A model generated the notes under the pieces. It did not search any database and had not been told where the DNA came from. It saw nothing but the letters and a program-made list of their open reading frames with translations. From NCBI GenBank assembly GCA_965247115.1, contig CBDFGR010000003.1, positions 224,001-288,000 on the forward strand: 64,000 bases of DNA. The letters are read 5' to 3'. How positions within the stretch are numbered: the stretch's first letter is position 1; each line of letters begins with the position of its first letter. Source of the stretch: Myxococcota bacterium. Lineage in GTDB: Bacteria > Myxococcota_A > UBA9160 > SZUA-336. The translations under genes were made by a program, and so were the position numbers. Shown in pieces: positions 38,976 to 49,500 of this stretch.

Positions 38976-41186
38976 CTACTTCGATGATTCCTTGAGCCGA
39001 GCGAGCCAGGGGGTCAGCTCCTGCGGAACCGCGGTGAAGCGGATCGAGAAGCCCGCGCCCAGAGACAGCGATCCGACGACCTTGGCGTAGAACTCGGGCA
39101 GCGAGTCGGCCTTTCCAGCGGGCAGCAGCTCGACCTTGATGTCGCTCAGCGGGGCGAGGGATTGATCGCAGAGCACCTCGCCGCCGATCGACGACAGGCC
39201 CACGAGCGTCCCGGGCAGCGTGGCGCCGTCGAGGTGTTTGGACTGCAGGACCGCGAACCGCAGCGGAACGCCGTCGCGAAGCGCAACCATCACCTCCTCG
39301 CTCTCTGGGAGGAACAGGTCGTAGGAGCCCTGGATCCCCCGAAGATCGTAGACGGTGGTCGGCTCGATGCCCTTGGCGGCAATCTCCCGCTGCTCGCCGA
39401 CCTGCAGGCTATCGCCCACCTCGAGCCGCGTCGCAGCAGAGATCAGCACCTGGCCGCCGACCGTGTAGGACTCGATCCGGGAGGCGAGATTGACCGAGCT
39501 TCCGACCACACCGTACTTCGCGCGCGTATCGGACCCGATGTTGCCGACGACGACCTCGCCGGTGTTCACACCGATTCCCATCTCCAACTCGGGGAGTCCG
39601 TCGCGGCGGTTCGCCTCGTTGACCGAGTCCATGGCGAGCTGCATCGCGACCGCGCAGGCGACCGCGCTTTCGGCGTGGTCCGCCCGCCGAACGGGTGCGC
39701 CGAAGATCACCAGGATCGCGTCGCCGATGAACTCGTCGATCGTGCCTTGGTGTCGCGCGATGACCTCGACCATCGCACCCAGATAGCGGTTGAGGATGGC
39801 CACAACCTGCTCGGGCACCAGACGCGCCGCCATCGAGGTGAAGCCTCGCAGATCCGACATCAAGATGGTGACCGGGCGGGTTTCGCCGCCAAGCTTGAGA
39901 CCTTCCGGTTGGTCGAGCAGGTTGTCGACGATGTCGTCGGACAGGTAGCGGCCGAAGGTGTGGCGGATGAAGCGGTTGTGCTTCTCGAGACTCTGGTTGG
40001 CGTCGTTGAGCTGCGCATTCGACCCCAGAAGCGCCGCCTCGCTCTCGTGGAGCTGAACGCGCATCTGGTTGAACGAGCCAGTCAGGTCCCCGAGCTCGTC
40101 GTCGGTCGTGATCGGCAGGTCCTGCCGCAGGCGGCCCAAAGCGAGCTCGCGGGTCGCATTCGAGAGCACGGAGATGGGCCGGGTGATCTGATTCGACCGA
40201 TAGCTCGCCAACACATAGGCGATCCCGCCCATCAACAGGATCAACACCGAAGCCACCACCATCGCACTCGTGCCGGCAAACGTGATGAACTTCGTGTCCC
40301 GGTCCATCAGAGCGGACTGGCTGGCGGCCAGCGAATCGAGCAGCTCGCTCACGTGCTGCGTGAGCGGAATCGTCTCGGTGCTCATGCGGTGAAGCGCGGC
40401 GTTCCACGAGGGACCGCGGCGGACGGCCCGCGCTTCTTCGGCGAACTGGCGATACCAGGGCAGCTCTTCGATCAGATAGGCGACCCGGTCGCGCTGGGGT
40501 TGGGGAAGCAGAGCGGCTTGTCGCATTGCGGCGTCCAGTGACTGCTCGGCGTCGCTCAAGGCCACAGAGAAAGCGCGGTCCCACTGCTGTTCGCCGTCGG
40601 CCACGAACCGCGCAAGCGCGTGCTGGGCGGTCGACAGCTCGTCTCGGAAGCTCGCGGCCGCGGCGCGCAGCTCGGGCGTGGAAGCCGAGTCCTCGAGCAG
40701 CCCACCGATCACCCGCCGCAGCTCTCGGGCAATCGGTTCCAGGCGCTGGCGCACCGCGCGCGACGCCCGTAGGTTGCCCTCGGTCCGGGCGACGTCCTCC
40801 ACCCACCACTGGGACTCCTTGAGCTCGACCAGTCCGAGGGACAGCTCGGCGAGCCGCGCGTGGTCCGCCGGATCCGGCCAGGTGTCGCGGAGCAGCTGGA
40901 TGTCGGCAAGGGCCGGCTCGATCCGCTGGCTCCAAGCGACCCGTCGCTCGGAGCGGAAGCGCGGATCCCCCAGCGCAACCCACCCCCGCAGACCCGCGAG
41001 CGAGTGCTGGAGACCGATCTGGGCGCGCTGGGTGGCAACGACTGCGGGGGCGCGTTGCTGGGCGAGATGATCGCTGTACGTGCGCAGCCAGAGTGTGGTG
41101 ATCAGGCTGACCAGCAACAAGACCACACCGATCGCGGTCAGCGTGAGCGACAGCTGCATCAGCTTCTGGCGTAGGGTGACCTTCAC
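38976..41186 (-). CDS. Membrane class III adenylate cyclase (periplasmic sensor, HAMP, catalytic domain, C-terminal beta domain)
   Basis: Two TMs, DELGDL HAMP, SDLRGFT, FIGDAI, GNIGS, VNLASRIES. Confidence 0.9.
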   Translation of the reverse strand: MKVTLRQKLMQLSLTLTAIGVVLLLVSLITTLWLRTYSDHLAQQRAPAVVATQRAQIGLQHSLAGLRGWVALGDPRFRSERRVAWSQRIEPALADIQLLRDTWPDPADHARLAELSLGLVELKESQWWVEDVARTEGNLRASRAVRQRLEPIARELRRVIGGLLEDSASTPELRAAAASFRDELSTAQHALARFVADGEQQWDRAFSVALSDAEQSLDAAMRQAALLPQPQRDRVAYLIEELPWYRQFAEEARAVRRGPSWNAALHRMSTETIPLTQHVSELLDSLAASQSALMDRDTKFITFAGTSAMVVASVLILLMGGIAYVLASYRSNQITRPISVLSNATRELALGRLRQDLPITTDDELGDLTGSFNQMRVQLHESEAALLGSNAQLNDANQSLEKHNRFIRHTFGRYLSDDIVDNLLDQPEGLKLGGETRPVTILMSDLRGFTSMAARLVPEQVVAILNRYLGAMVEVIARHQGTIDEFIGDAILVIFGAPVRRADHAESAVACAVAMQLAMDSVNEANRRDGLPELEMGIGVNTGEVVVGNIGSDTRAKYGVVGSSVNLASRIESYTVGGQVLISAATRLEVGDSLQVGEQREIAAKGIEPTTVYDLRGIQGSYDLFLPESEEVMVALRDGVPLRFAVLQSKHLDGATLPGTLVGLSSIGGEVLCDQSLAPLSDIKVELLPAGKADSLPEFYAKVVGSLSLGAGFSIRFTAVPQELTPWLARLKESSK

Positions 41187-42133
41187 GACGGGTTCAGCCA
41201 GCCGGGCCGGGAACCGGCGAGCTGCTCGAGCTCCAGCAGCTGGCGTTCGAGCAGCAGCGCCCGCTGGTATACGTGCGACGGAAAGCGTCGCCCCGGGTAG
41301 TAGGCCTCTCGAGGCGGTGGGACGTCATCGAGCTGCTCCCACAGGTAGGTGAGCTCGGACACGAGCAGGGTTGCCACGTCGTAGACATCACTGGGAATCG
41401 CGTTTGCGAGGTTCCCCTCATGGACCTCGAGGCTGAGCATCGACAAGTTCGACTCCCCGGCAATTCGTCGGACAATCGCGAAGCAGTTGAGCAGCTTGCG
41501 GTAGACGTCGGACGGCCGCTTGCCGCTCTCGAAGACCGGCGTTTCTGGGATCCGATCGCCGGGAAACTGCGCGCGCAGGCGCGCGGTGTAGCCAATCGCC
41601 AGGGTCAGCTGCTGGTAGACCTCAGCGGGGGAGAACGGTTGGTCGAGCAGCAGGTTGAGCTGCTGACTCGCTTGCAAGATGGCGAGGATCACGTCGTCCG
41701 GCGTTTTCGACGGATCCGGAGCTTCCGGGGCGACCGCGTGGTTGATGCCCAGCTTGTCCTGCACCTGCCGAATCCTGCCGAGTGCGTTGTTGACCACGGC
41801 CAGTACGTCCGCGGGCTTGATCTCGCCGTCCGGCCGCGGGAGATCGTCGACGATCTCGCGGGTATGCTCGAAGCTCAAGCGGTTGGCCTTGCGGAACAGC
41901 GTCAGCGCCTGGAAGTACACCTCCCGGGGCGCGACCCCCGCGATCCGACCCCCTCCCTCGAGGCGCTTGGGCTTCCCCATCTCGTAGCGGACCAGTTCGA
42001 GGTCCTGCTGGAGCAGCATCACTCGCGCGTGGACGTCGGAAGGGGCGATGGGTGGGGCGGAGCCGGCCGGAGACGCCGTCGTCAGCAGCAACAGGGACAT
42101 GAGCCAGCCAGGCCGTCTTGTGCGGATTCTCAC
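41183..42133 (-). CDS. Secreted helical-repeat hypothetical protein
   Basis: Signal-like N-terminus (start may be 42100); eight P-x-[DEH]-V motifs; stop overlaps the cyclase start (GTGA). Confidence 0.75.
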   Translation of the reverse strand: MRIRTRRPGWLMSLLLLTTASPAGSAPPIAPSDVHARVMLLQQDLELVRYEMGKPKRLEGGGRIAGVAPREVYFQALTLFRKANRLSFEHTREIVDDLPRPDGEIKPADVLAVVNNALGRIRQVQDKLGINHAVAPEAPDPSKTPDDVILAILQASQQLNLLLDQPFSPAEVYQQLTLAIGYTARLRAQFPGDRIPETPVFESGKRPSDVYRKLLNCFAIVRRIAGESNLSMLSLEVHEGNLANAIPSDVYDVATLLVSELTYLWEQLDDVPPPREAYYPGRRFPSHVYQRALLLERQLLELEQLAGSRPGWLNPS

Positions 42134-42248
42134 TATCCTGTCATGCTACCGCGCCGGGGCAGCGCGGGATCAGGTCGCGGCGGGACCCCCTGAGGAAGCA
42201 GGGTGCTCGGTAGAATCCCGGCTTCACGGACCTCCGGGAGGAGTCCCA

Positions 42249-45200
42249 ATGCCCATCGAGAGCCTGCTCATCGCCAACCGGGGTGAGATTGCGATCCGCG
42301 TCGCCCGAGCCGCTGCCGATCTCGGCATCCGCAGCGTTGCGGTGTACGCTGAGGACGACGCCGAATCGCTGCACACCCGCGTTGCGGACGAGGCCGTCCT
42401 GCTCGGAGGCAAGGGCGTGCCCGCGTATCTGGACATCGACGCGATCGTCCGGGCCGCGCGGGACAGCGCCAGCGACGCTGTGCACCCGGGCTACGGATTC
42501 CTGGCCGAGAACGCGGAGCTGGCTCGCGCCTGCGCCGCGGCAGGAGTCACGTTCGTCGGCCCCAGTGTCGAGAATCTGGCCCTGTTCGGCAGCAAGAGCG
42601 AGGCACGTCTCGCCGCGCAAGACGCCGACGTCCCTGTCCTGCGCGGGACCGACGGCCCCACCTCGCTGGAGGAAGCAAGAGCGTTCATGGACTCGCTCGG
42701 GGACGCCCGCGCGATCATGATCAAAGCCATCGCCGGGGGCGGCGGGCGGGGTACCCGCGCCGTGACCGACGTCGATGCGCTGGAGAAGGCGTACCAGCGC
42801 TGCCAGTCTGAGGCCCAGCGCGCTTTTGGAAACGGCGACGTATACGTCGAGGAGTACATGCCGCGCGCGCGGCATATCGAGATCCAGATTGTCGGCGACG
42901 CGGACGGCGCCGTTGTCCACCTGGGCGAGCGCGAGTGTTCCGCGCAGCGCCGCTACCAGAAGATCGTCGAGGTCGCGCCCGCTCCCCATCTCCCCGGAGA
43001 CCTGCGCAACCGCATCACCAACGCTGCCGTCCGTCTCGCCACCCACGCCGGGTATGACAACCTGGGCACTTTCGAGTTTCTCGTCGACGCCGCGCAGATG
43101 GGCGAGGATGCTCCCTTTGCGTTCATCGAGACGAACGCCCGCTTGCAGGTCGAGCACACGGTCACCGAGGAGGTAACGGGGGTCGATCTCGTGCAGACGC
43201 AGCTGCGCATCGCCGGAGGCGAGTCGCTCGCCGACCTCGGCCTCAGCGACCCTGGAATCGCGGCACCCCGCGGCTACGCCATCCAGGTCCGCATCAACAT
43301 GGAGACGCTCACGCCAGAGGGCGATTTCCGGCCCTCTGGCGGCGTCCTCACCGCCTACGACCCCCCCAGCGGGCCTGGCATCCGCACCGATGGTTTTGGC
43401 TACACCGGCTACCGCACCAGCAGGAGCTTCGACTCCCTCCTCGCCAAGGTGATCGCGCATTCGCCGACGGCTGACTTCCAGCGCGCCGTCGACCGCTCCT
43501 ACCGCGCCCTGTCCGAGTTCCGAATCGAGGGCATCGATACGAACATCCCCTTCCTCCAGGCGCTCCTGCGCCACCCGGACTTCGGTTCCGGCGGCATCTA
43601 CACGCGCTTCATCGACGATCACGCCGAGGCTCTCGTTGCGGAGTCCACGGGACACCGGCAGCGCTTCGTCGAGACGCTACCGCCCGCCCCTGAGAAGCAG
43701 ACGGGACTCGCGGGCGCACGGGTCGACAGTCGGGACCCGATGGCGCTCTTCGAACACGACCGCGCTGTCAAAGAAACCCAGTCTGCCGCCGCCACGGAAG
43801 TGACGGCACCCGACCTCGCGGGACCTGATGGCAGCGTGGGTCTCTCCGCTCCGATCCAGGGCACGATTGTCAGCGTCCTCGCCGCCGAGGGAGACACAGT
43901 CTTCGAGGGCCAGCAGCTGATCGTGATGGAAGCGATGAAGATGGAGCACGTGATCACCGCCCCTCACTCCGGCATCGTCCGGCGCGTCTCTGTCTCTGAA
44001 GGCGACGTGATCCTCGAAGGGCACGCTCTCGTCTTCGTCGAGGAGGCGGACGTCGGCGAGGGCGGCGGGCGCGTAGAAGAAGTTGTCGACCCCGACTTCA
44101 TCCGCCCCGACCTGCAGGAGAACATCGACCGCCACGCTCACACTCTGGACGAGAACCGCCCGGAGGCCGTGGACAAGCACCGCAAGCGCGGCTTCCGCAT
44201 GCCGCGGGAGAACCTGGCCCAGCTCGTGGATCCGGGCTCCTTCCGGGAGTACTGGCCGCTGATCGTCGCGCGGCAGCACCAGCGCTACGACGCGGAGACG
44301 CTGCGCAAGAACACCCCCGCCGACGGCTTGATTGCGGGCACAGCCTCGATCAACGGCGAGCACTTCGACGAGGAGCGTTCGCGGGCCGTCGTGGTCTCTT
44401 ACGACTACACCGTCCTCGCCGGCACCCAGGGCGGCCGAAACCACTACAAGCAGGATCGGATGTTCGAGCTGGCAAATCGCTTTCGGATGCCGCTCGTCTT
44501 CTTCACGGAAGGCGGCGGCGGTCGTCCCGGCGACGACCGGATCGGGCCCGGTGTCGCCTTCGACACCTATACCTTCACACAGTTCTCGAAGCTCAGTGGG
44601 CTCGTCCCGCTGGTGGGCGTGAACAACGGCCGCTGCTTCGCCGGCAACACCGCCCTTCTGGCCTGCTGCGACGTGATCATCGCCACCGAGGCCTCCACCA
44701 TCGCCATGGGAGGTCCCGCGATGATCGAAGGCGGTGGTCTGGGCGTCTACACGCCGGAAGAGGTGGGGCCCATGTCCTTCCAGGTTCCGAACGGCGTGGT
44801 CGACATCCTCGTGAAAGACGAAGAGGAGGCCGTAGAGGTCGCCAGGAAGTATCTCTCCTACTTCCAGGGCCCGATCCGCGACTGGGAGGCACACGACCAG
44901 CGACCGCTACGCCACGTGGTCCCGGAGAACCGGCTGCGCCTGTACAACATGCGCGAGATCGTCGAGACGATCGCCGACAAGGACTCCGTCCTCGAAATCC
45001 GCGAGAAGTTCGGCGTCGGCGTGATCACCGCCTTCATCCGTGTGGAAGGCAGACCCATGGGGCTCATCGCCAACAACCCGTACCACCTGGCGGGCGCGAT
45101 CGACTCGGACGGTGCGGACAAGGGCGCGCGCTTCATTCAGCTCTGCGACGCATTCGACATCCCCGTGCTCAGCCTGATGGACTGCCCGGGCATGATGGTC

Positions 45201-45656
45201 GGGCCGGACGTGGAGAAAACGGCGCTCGTCCGGCACTGCGTGCGCATGTTCAACGCAGGCGCAAACCTGACCACGCCGCTCTTCGGCGTTGTTGTGCGCA
45301 AAGCCTACGGGCTCGGGGTTCAAGCGATGTGCGGCGCCAGCTCGCTCGTGGGGTTCTTCACCGTGGCCTGGCCCACCGCCGAGTTCGCCGGTATGAACAT
45401 CGAAGGAGAGGTAAAGCTCGGATACCGGAACGAGCTTGCCGCGATCGAGGATCCGGAGGAGCGCATCGCCGAATACGAGCGCCGGGTCACGCGGCGCTAC
45501 GAGAACGCCAAGGCCGTCAACGCCGCTGCCGGGGGCGGCCTCGACGATGTGATAGACCCCGCGGAGACACGCTCCTGGATCGCCACGAGCCTGCGCCGCC
45601 TGCCCCCCACGCCGCCGCGGACCGGCAAGAAGTACCCCTACATCGACACCTGGTAG
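42249..45656 (+). CDS. Single-chain acyl-CoA carboxylase (BC-BCCP-CT)
   Basis: ANRGEIA, HPGYGFLAEN, GGGGRG, RLQVEH, EAMKM, CT domain. Confidence 0.92.
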   Translation: MPIESLLIANRGEIAIRVARAAADLGIRSVAVYAEDDAESLHTRVADEAVLLGGKGVPAYLDIDAIVRAARDSASDAVHPGYGFLAENAELARACAAAGVTFVGPSVENLALFGSKSEARLAAQDADVPVLRGTDGPTSLEEARAFMDSLGDARAIMIKAIAGGGGRGTRAVTDVDALEKAYQRCQSEAQRAFGNGDVYVEEYMPRARHIEIQIVGDADGAVVHLGERECSAQRRYQKIVEVAPAPHLPGDLRNRITNAAVRLATHAGYDNLGTFEFLVDAAQMGEDAPFAFIETNARLQVEHTVTEEVTGVDLVQTQLRIAGGESLADLGLSDPGIAAPRGYAIQVRINMETLTPEGDFRPSGGVLTAYDPPSGPGIRTDGFGYTGYRTSRSFDSLLAKVIAHSPTADFQRAVDRSYRALSEFRIEGIDTNIPFLQALLRHPDFGSGGIYTRFIDDHAEALVAESTGHRQRFVETLPPAPEKQTGLAGARVDSRDPMALFEHDRAVKETQSAAATEVTAPDLAGPDGSVGLSAPIQGTIVSVLAAEGDTVFEGQQLIVMEAMKMEHVITAPHSGIVRRVSVSEGDVILEGHALVFVEEADVGEGGGRVEEVVDPDFIRPDLQENIDRHAHTLDENRPEAVDKHRKRGFRMPRENLAQLVDPGSFREYWPLIVARQHQRYDAETLRKNTPADGLIAGTASINGEHFDEERSRAVVVSYDYTVLAGTQGGRNHYKQDRMFELANRFRMPLVFFTEGGGGRPGDDRIGPGVAFDTYTFTQFSKLSGLVPLVGVNNGRCFAGNTALLACCDVIIATEASTIAMGGPAMIEGGGLGVYTPEEVGPMSFQVPNGVVDILVKDEEEAVEVARKYLSYFQGPIRDWEAHDQRPLRHVVPENRLRLYNMREIVETIADKDSVLEIREKFGVGVITAFIRVEGRPMGLIANNPYHLAGAIDSDGADKGARFIQLCDAFDIPVLSLMDCPGMMVGPDVEKTALVRHCVRMFNAGANLTTPLFGVVVRKAYGLGVQAMCGASSLVGFFTVAWPTAEFAGMNIEGEVKLGYRNELAAIEDPEERIAEYERRVTRRYENAKAVNAAAGGGLDDVIDPAETRSWIATSLRRLPPTPPRTGKKYPYIDTW

Positions 45657-45681
45657 GGGTCCGCCTTCCCTCCGAGGCCAT

Positions 45682-46443
45682 TCAGTTCACCAGCAGGCGC
45701 TGCGCCTGGCCGACGTACCCGCGGTTCCACGTGGGTGAAATGGTGAGCTCGTTGATGCAGATGTGCGGGGGAAGCTCGGCCAGGAAGCGTACGAGCTCTC
45801 CACAGTCCTCCGCCTGCACCATCTGCGCCCGGTCCTTCTCACTCACCGGGATTGGCCGGTTGTCGAGAATCGGTGTGGCCACCTCACCGGGGCACACCGC
45901 GCAGGCCCGCACACCATGAACTCCCGCTTCCATATTGATGCTCTCGTTCATCGCGTTCATCGCGTGCTTGGCGGCGCAGTAGGCCGGGCCCGACACCATG
46001 GAGACCTGTCGGCCGGCCCACGAGGAGATGTTGACGATTAGCCCGTCCTGTTGCTCGATCATCTGAGGAAGCACGGCTCTGACGCAGTAGAAGGCGCCGT
46101 CCAGATTGATCCGAATCACGTTCTCCCAGTCGTCCGCCGACAGATTGTGCCAGTTGCGCTTCTTCACATTGATGCCAGCGCTGGAGACGAGCACGTCGAG
46201 CCGCCCGAACCGCTCGATGATCCGATCCGCGGCGGCATCCACCGCGTCGCGGTCAGCCACGTCCAGGGGTTCGAGGCTCGCACGATCGCCGATCTTGCCG
46301 GCCACCTCGTCCAGCTTCTGCTTGCGGCGGCCCGAGAGCGCCACGTGCATGCCTGCGTCTGCGAGCGCAACGGCCGCGGCCTCACCGATCCCCGTCCCGG
46401 CCCCCGTGACCCACGCCACCTTGTCGTTCAAATCCCGTAGCAT
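45682..46443 (-). CDS. SDR-family oxidoreductase
   Basis: TGAGTGIG, YCAAK. Confidence 0.92.
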   Translation of the reverse strand: MLRDLNDKVAWVTGAGTGIGEAAAVALADAGMHVALSGRRKQKLDEVAGKIGDRASLEPLDVADRDAVDAAADRIIERFGRLDVLVSSAGINVKKRNWHNLSADDWENVIRINLDGAFYCVRAVLPQMIEQQDGLIVNISSWAGRQVSMVSGPAYCAAKHAMNAMNESINMEAGVHGVRACAVCPGEVATPILDNRPIPVSEKDRAQMVQAEDCGELVRFLAELPPHICINELTISPTWNRGYVGQAQRLLVN

Positions 46444-46518
46444 TCCGTCCTGTTCCTCCCGCTCATGTCTCGAGTGGATCTAGACTACCAGGCAATCGCG
46501 GGAAACAAGGAGGGAGCG

Positions 46519-49500
46519 GTGGCGCTGCACAAACGGGTCCTGATCGCCAACCGGGGTGAGATCGCCATTCGGATCGCCAAGGCCGCGTCTGCACTCGGGA
46601 TGGAGTCGGTGGGCGTGTACGCGCCGGCCGACGCCTTGTCACTCCACACCCGGTTCACGACCGAGTCGTTTGAGATCAGCGCACGAGGAGCAGCGACCGA
46701 CCCCGTGCGCGCCTACCTGGATGCCGAGGCACTCATGCGCGTCGCCAAGGCAAGCGGCTGTGATTGTGTTCACCCGGGCTACGGCTTCCTGGCCGAGAAC
46801 GCCGCGTTTGCGGATCGGTGTGCCTCCGCAGGCCTCGTCTTCATCGGGCCGTCGCCCGCGACGCTCTCCCTGTTCGGCGACAAGCTCCGAGCGCGGGCGC
46901 TCGCGCAATCACTCGAGATCCCCGTCGTTCCCGGAAGTGTTGAAGCCCTGGCGTCTTCGAACGAAGCGTCGTCCAGCGCAGACGATCTCGGCTACCCCGT
47001 CATGTTGAAGGCGTCTTTCGGGGGCGGCGGCCGCGGCATGCGCGAGGTCGAGAACACCGAGCAGCTGAGCGAGGCGTTTGCTCGCTGCCGAAGCGAAGCG
47101 GAGGCCGCGTTCGGCGACGGCTCCGTCTTCGTCGAGAAGCTCATCGCTCGACCGCGTCACATCGAGGTGCAAGTCCTGGCGGACGCGCATGGAAGTGTGG
47201 TCCACCTCCACGAACGCGACTGCTCGGTGCAGCTCCGAAACCAGAAGGTTGTGGAGATCGCGCCTGCACCCGGCTTGGACTGCGCTCTTCGGGACCGGAT
47301 CCTTGCGGACGCGATCAAGCTCGTCGGGGCCGCCCGCTACGTCAATGCAGGAACCGTGGAGTTTCTGGTCTCTCCGGAGACCGGGAAACACTACTTCATC
47401 GAATGCAACCCGCGAATCCAGGTCGAGCACACCGTGACGGAGCAGGTGACGGGCATCGACCTGGTCGAGGCGCAGTTTCACGTCGCGTCCGGCGCATCCC
47501 TCGAGTCGCTGGGACTGGGCGACCAGGACGCTGTCGGTGACCCGCGTGGCTTTGCCGTGCAGGTCAGAGTCGTCGCACAGGGCACCGGCACGATTACCGG
47601 CTACAAGGAGCCCTCCGGCGCGGGAGTGCGGGTCGACGCGTGTGGCTACATGGGCTACAGCCCGCCGCCCCAGTTCGATCCGCTGCTCGCGAAGCTGATC
47701 GGTTCGTCCAGCTCCGCTTCATCCTTTGTCTCCGCGGTCGGCCGAACGCTCGCCGCGCTCGCCGAGTTTCACCTCGCCGGGCTGCCGACGAATCTGGCCC
47801 AGCTGCGTGCCATCCTCTCGCACCCGGGTTTCCGCGCCGGTGATGCGCGGACGTCGTTCCTCAGGGAGCAGCCGGAGATCCTGCGGACCGGGCTCTCCTC
47901 GTCCTCTGAAAGTGATGCCCTGGCCTTTTTCGAGCAGCAAGCGAGCAGCGTTGGTGTGAGCGCGCGCGCGGCTGCGCGTTCGTCGACCGGGTCTCCGCTT
48001 GCGCCGCTCGAGGTGGTAGACGGGCAGCAACGCGTGGAGTGCCCCATCGCAGGCTCCGTCATCGAGGTTCGCCTGCGAGCAGGTGACGCCGTCGCAGCGG
48101 GCGATCCACTTCTGATCATCAGCACCATGAAGATGGAGACGGCCGTCACGGCGACCTGCTCCGGCACCCTCACTGCCGTTCAGTCCCTCCGCGAAGGGGA
48201 CAACGTGGTGGCGGGGCAAGTGGTGGCGGTCATCACGCCCACCGAGGGCGATTCGCGAGGGCACACTCCGGCGCAGCCCCGCGAAGAGAGCTGGGCCGGA
48301 GTCCTCGAAGAGATCGCGACGCTCCAGAATCTGGCACACGCGAGGCTGGCGCCCGGCTCCGACGACCCCGGCGTCGTCCGACAGCGCCGTCGCGGCAAGC
48401 TCACTTGCCGAGAGCGGATCGCGCTACTACTGGACGAGGGCTCTTTCCGTGAAGTGGGCAGTGTCGCTGGCTTCGCCTCCTATGACGAAAACGGCACCGC
48501 CGTGGACTTCACGCCCGCCAACCACGTCGGGGGTTGGGGCAGGCTCGACGGTCGCACGGCGATCGTCTGCGCCGATGACTTCACGTCCCGCGGTGGGCAC
48601 GCGGACGGTGCCATCGGCGCGAAGAGCATGTACCTGGATCGCCTCTCGCTGGAGCTCCGGTCGCCAGCGGTGAGAATGCTGGACGGCTCGTCGGGCGGAG
48701 GCAGCGTGGCCGCCATGGTGCCGCAACAGAAGCAGGAAGGAGAGAGCGGCGCGAAGGAGAGCCGCGGGGCCATCAAGGCCGGTCGGCCGCGGGTCGCCGG
48801 TGGCGGCGGCTCATTCCTACCAGGGCATCTGGGCAGCGCCCAATACACAGAGCAGCTCTTCACAGTGCCAGTGGTGAACATGCTGCTCGGCAGTGTGGTG
48901 GGCATCGGTGCGGCGAAGGCCGTGCTCGGTCACTTCTCGGTCATGGTTCGCGACATCGCGCAGCTCTTCGTCGCCGGACCGCCCGTCGTGAGCCACGCGA
49001 TGGGGTACGACATTACCAAGGAAGACCTCGGCGGGTGGCACATCCACTGCAAGAACGGCTCGGTGGACAATCTCGCGGAGACGGAGGAAGAGGCGGCGGA
49101 GATGGCCAAGCGCTTCCTCTCGTACCTACCCTCGAGCGTCTACGAGCCGCCGCCGGTGCTGCCACCAGACCCGAGCGACCCACCCGACCGCCGCGCCGAG
49201 GAGCTCCTCAACCTGATCCCCAGAAAACGAACCACGACGTTCGACATGCGCCGCGCCATCCGCCTGATGGCCGACGCCGATTCGTTCTTCGAGCTCGGCC
49301 CGCTCTGGGGTACCGATCAGATCACCGGCTTCGTGCGCTTCAACGGCCACCCGCTCGGCGTCATCGCGTCGGACAGCAGACACGAGAATGGCGGCGCGCT
49401 CACAGCGGACGGCTGCGACAAGCTCACGCGCCACCTGGACCTGTGCGACCTCTTCCACGTGCCCATCCTCAACCTGATCGACAACCCCGGCTTTGCCGTC

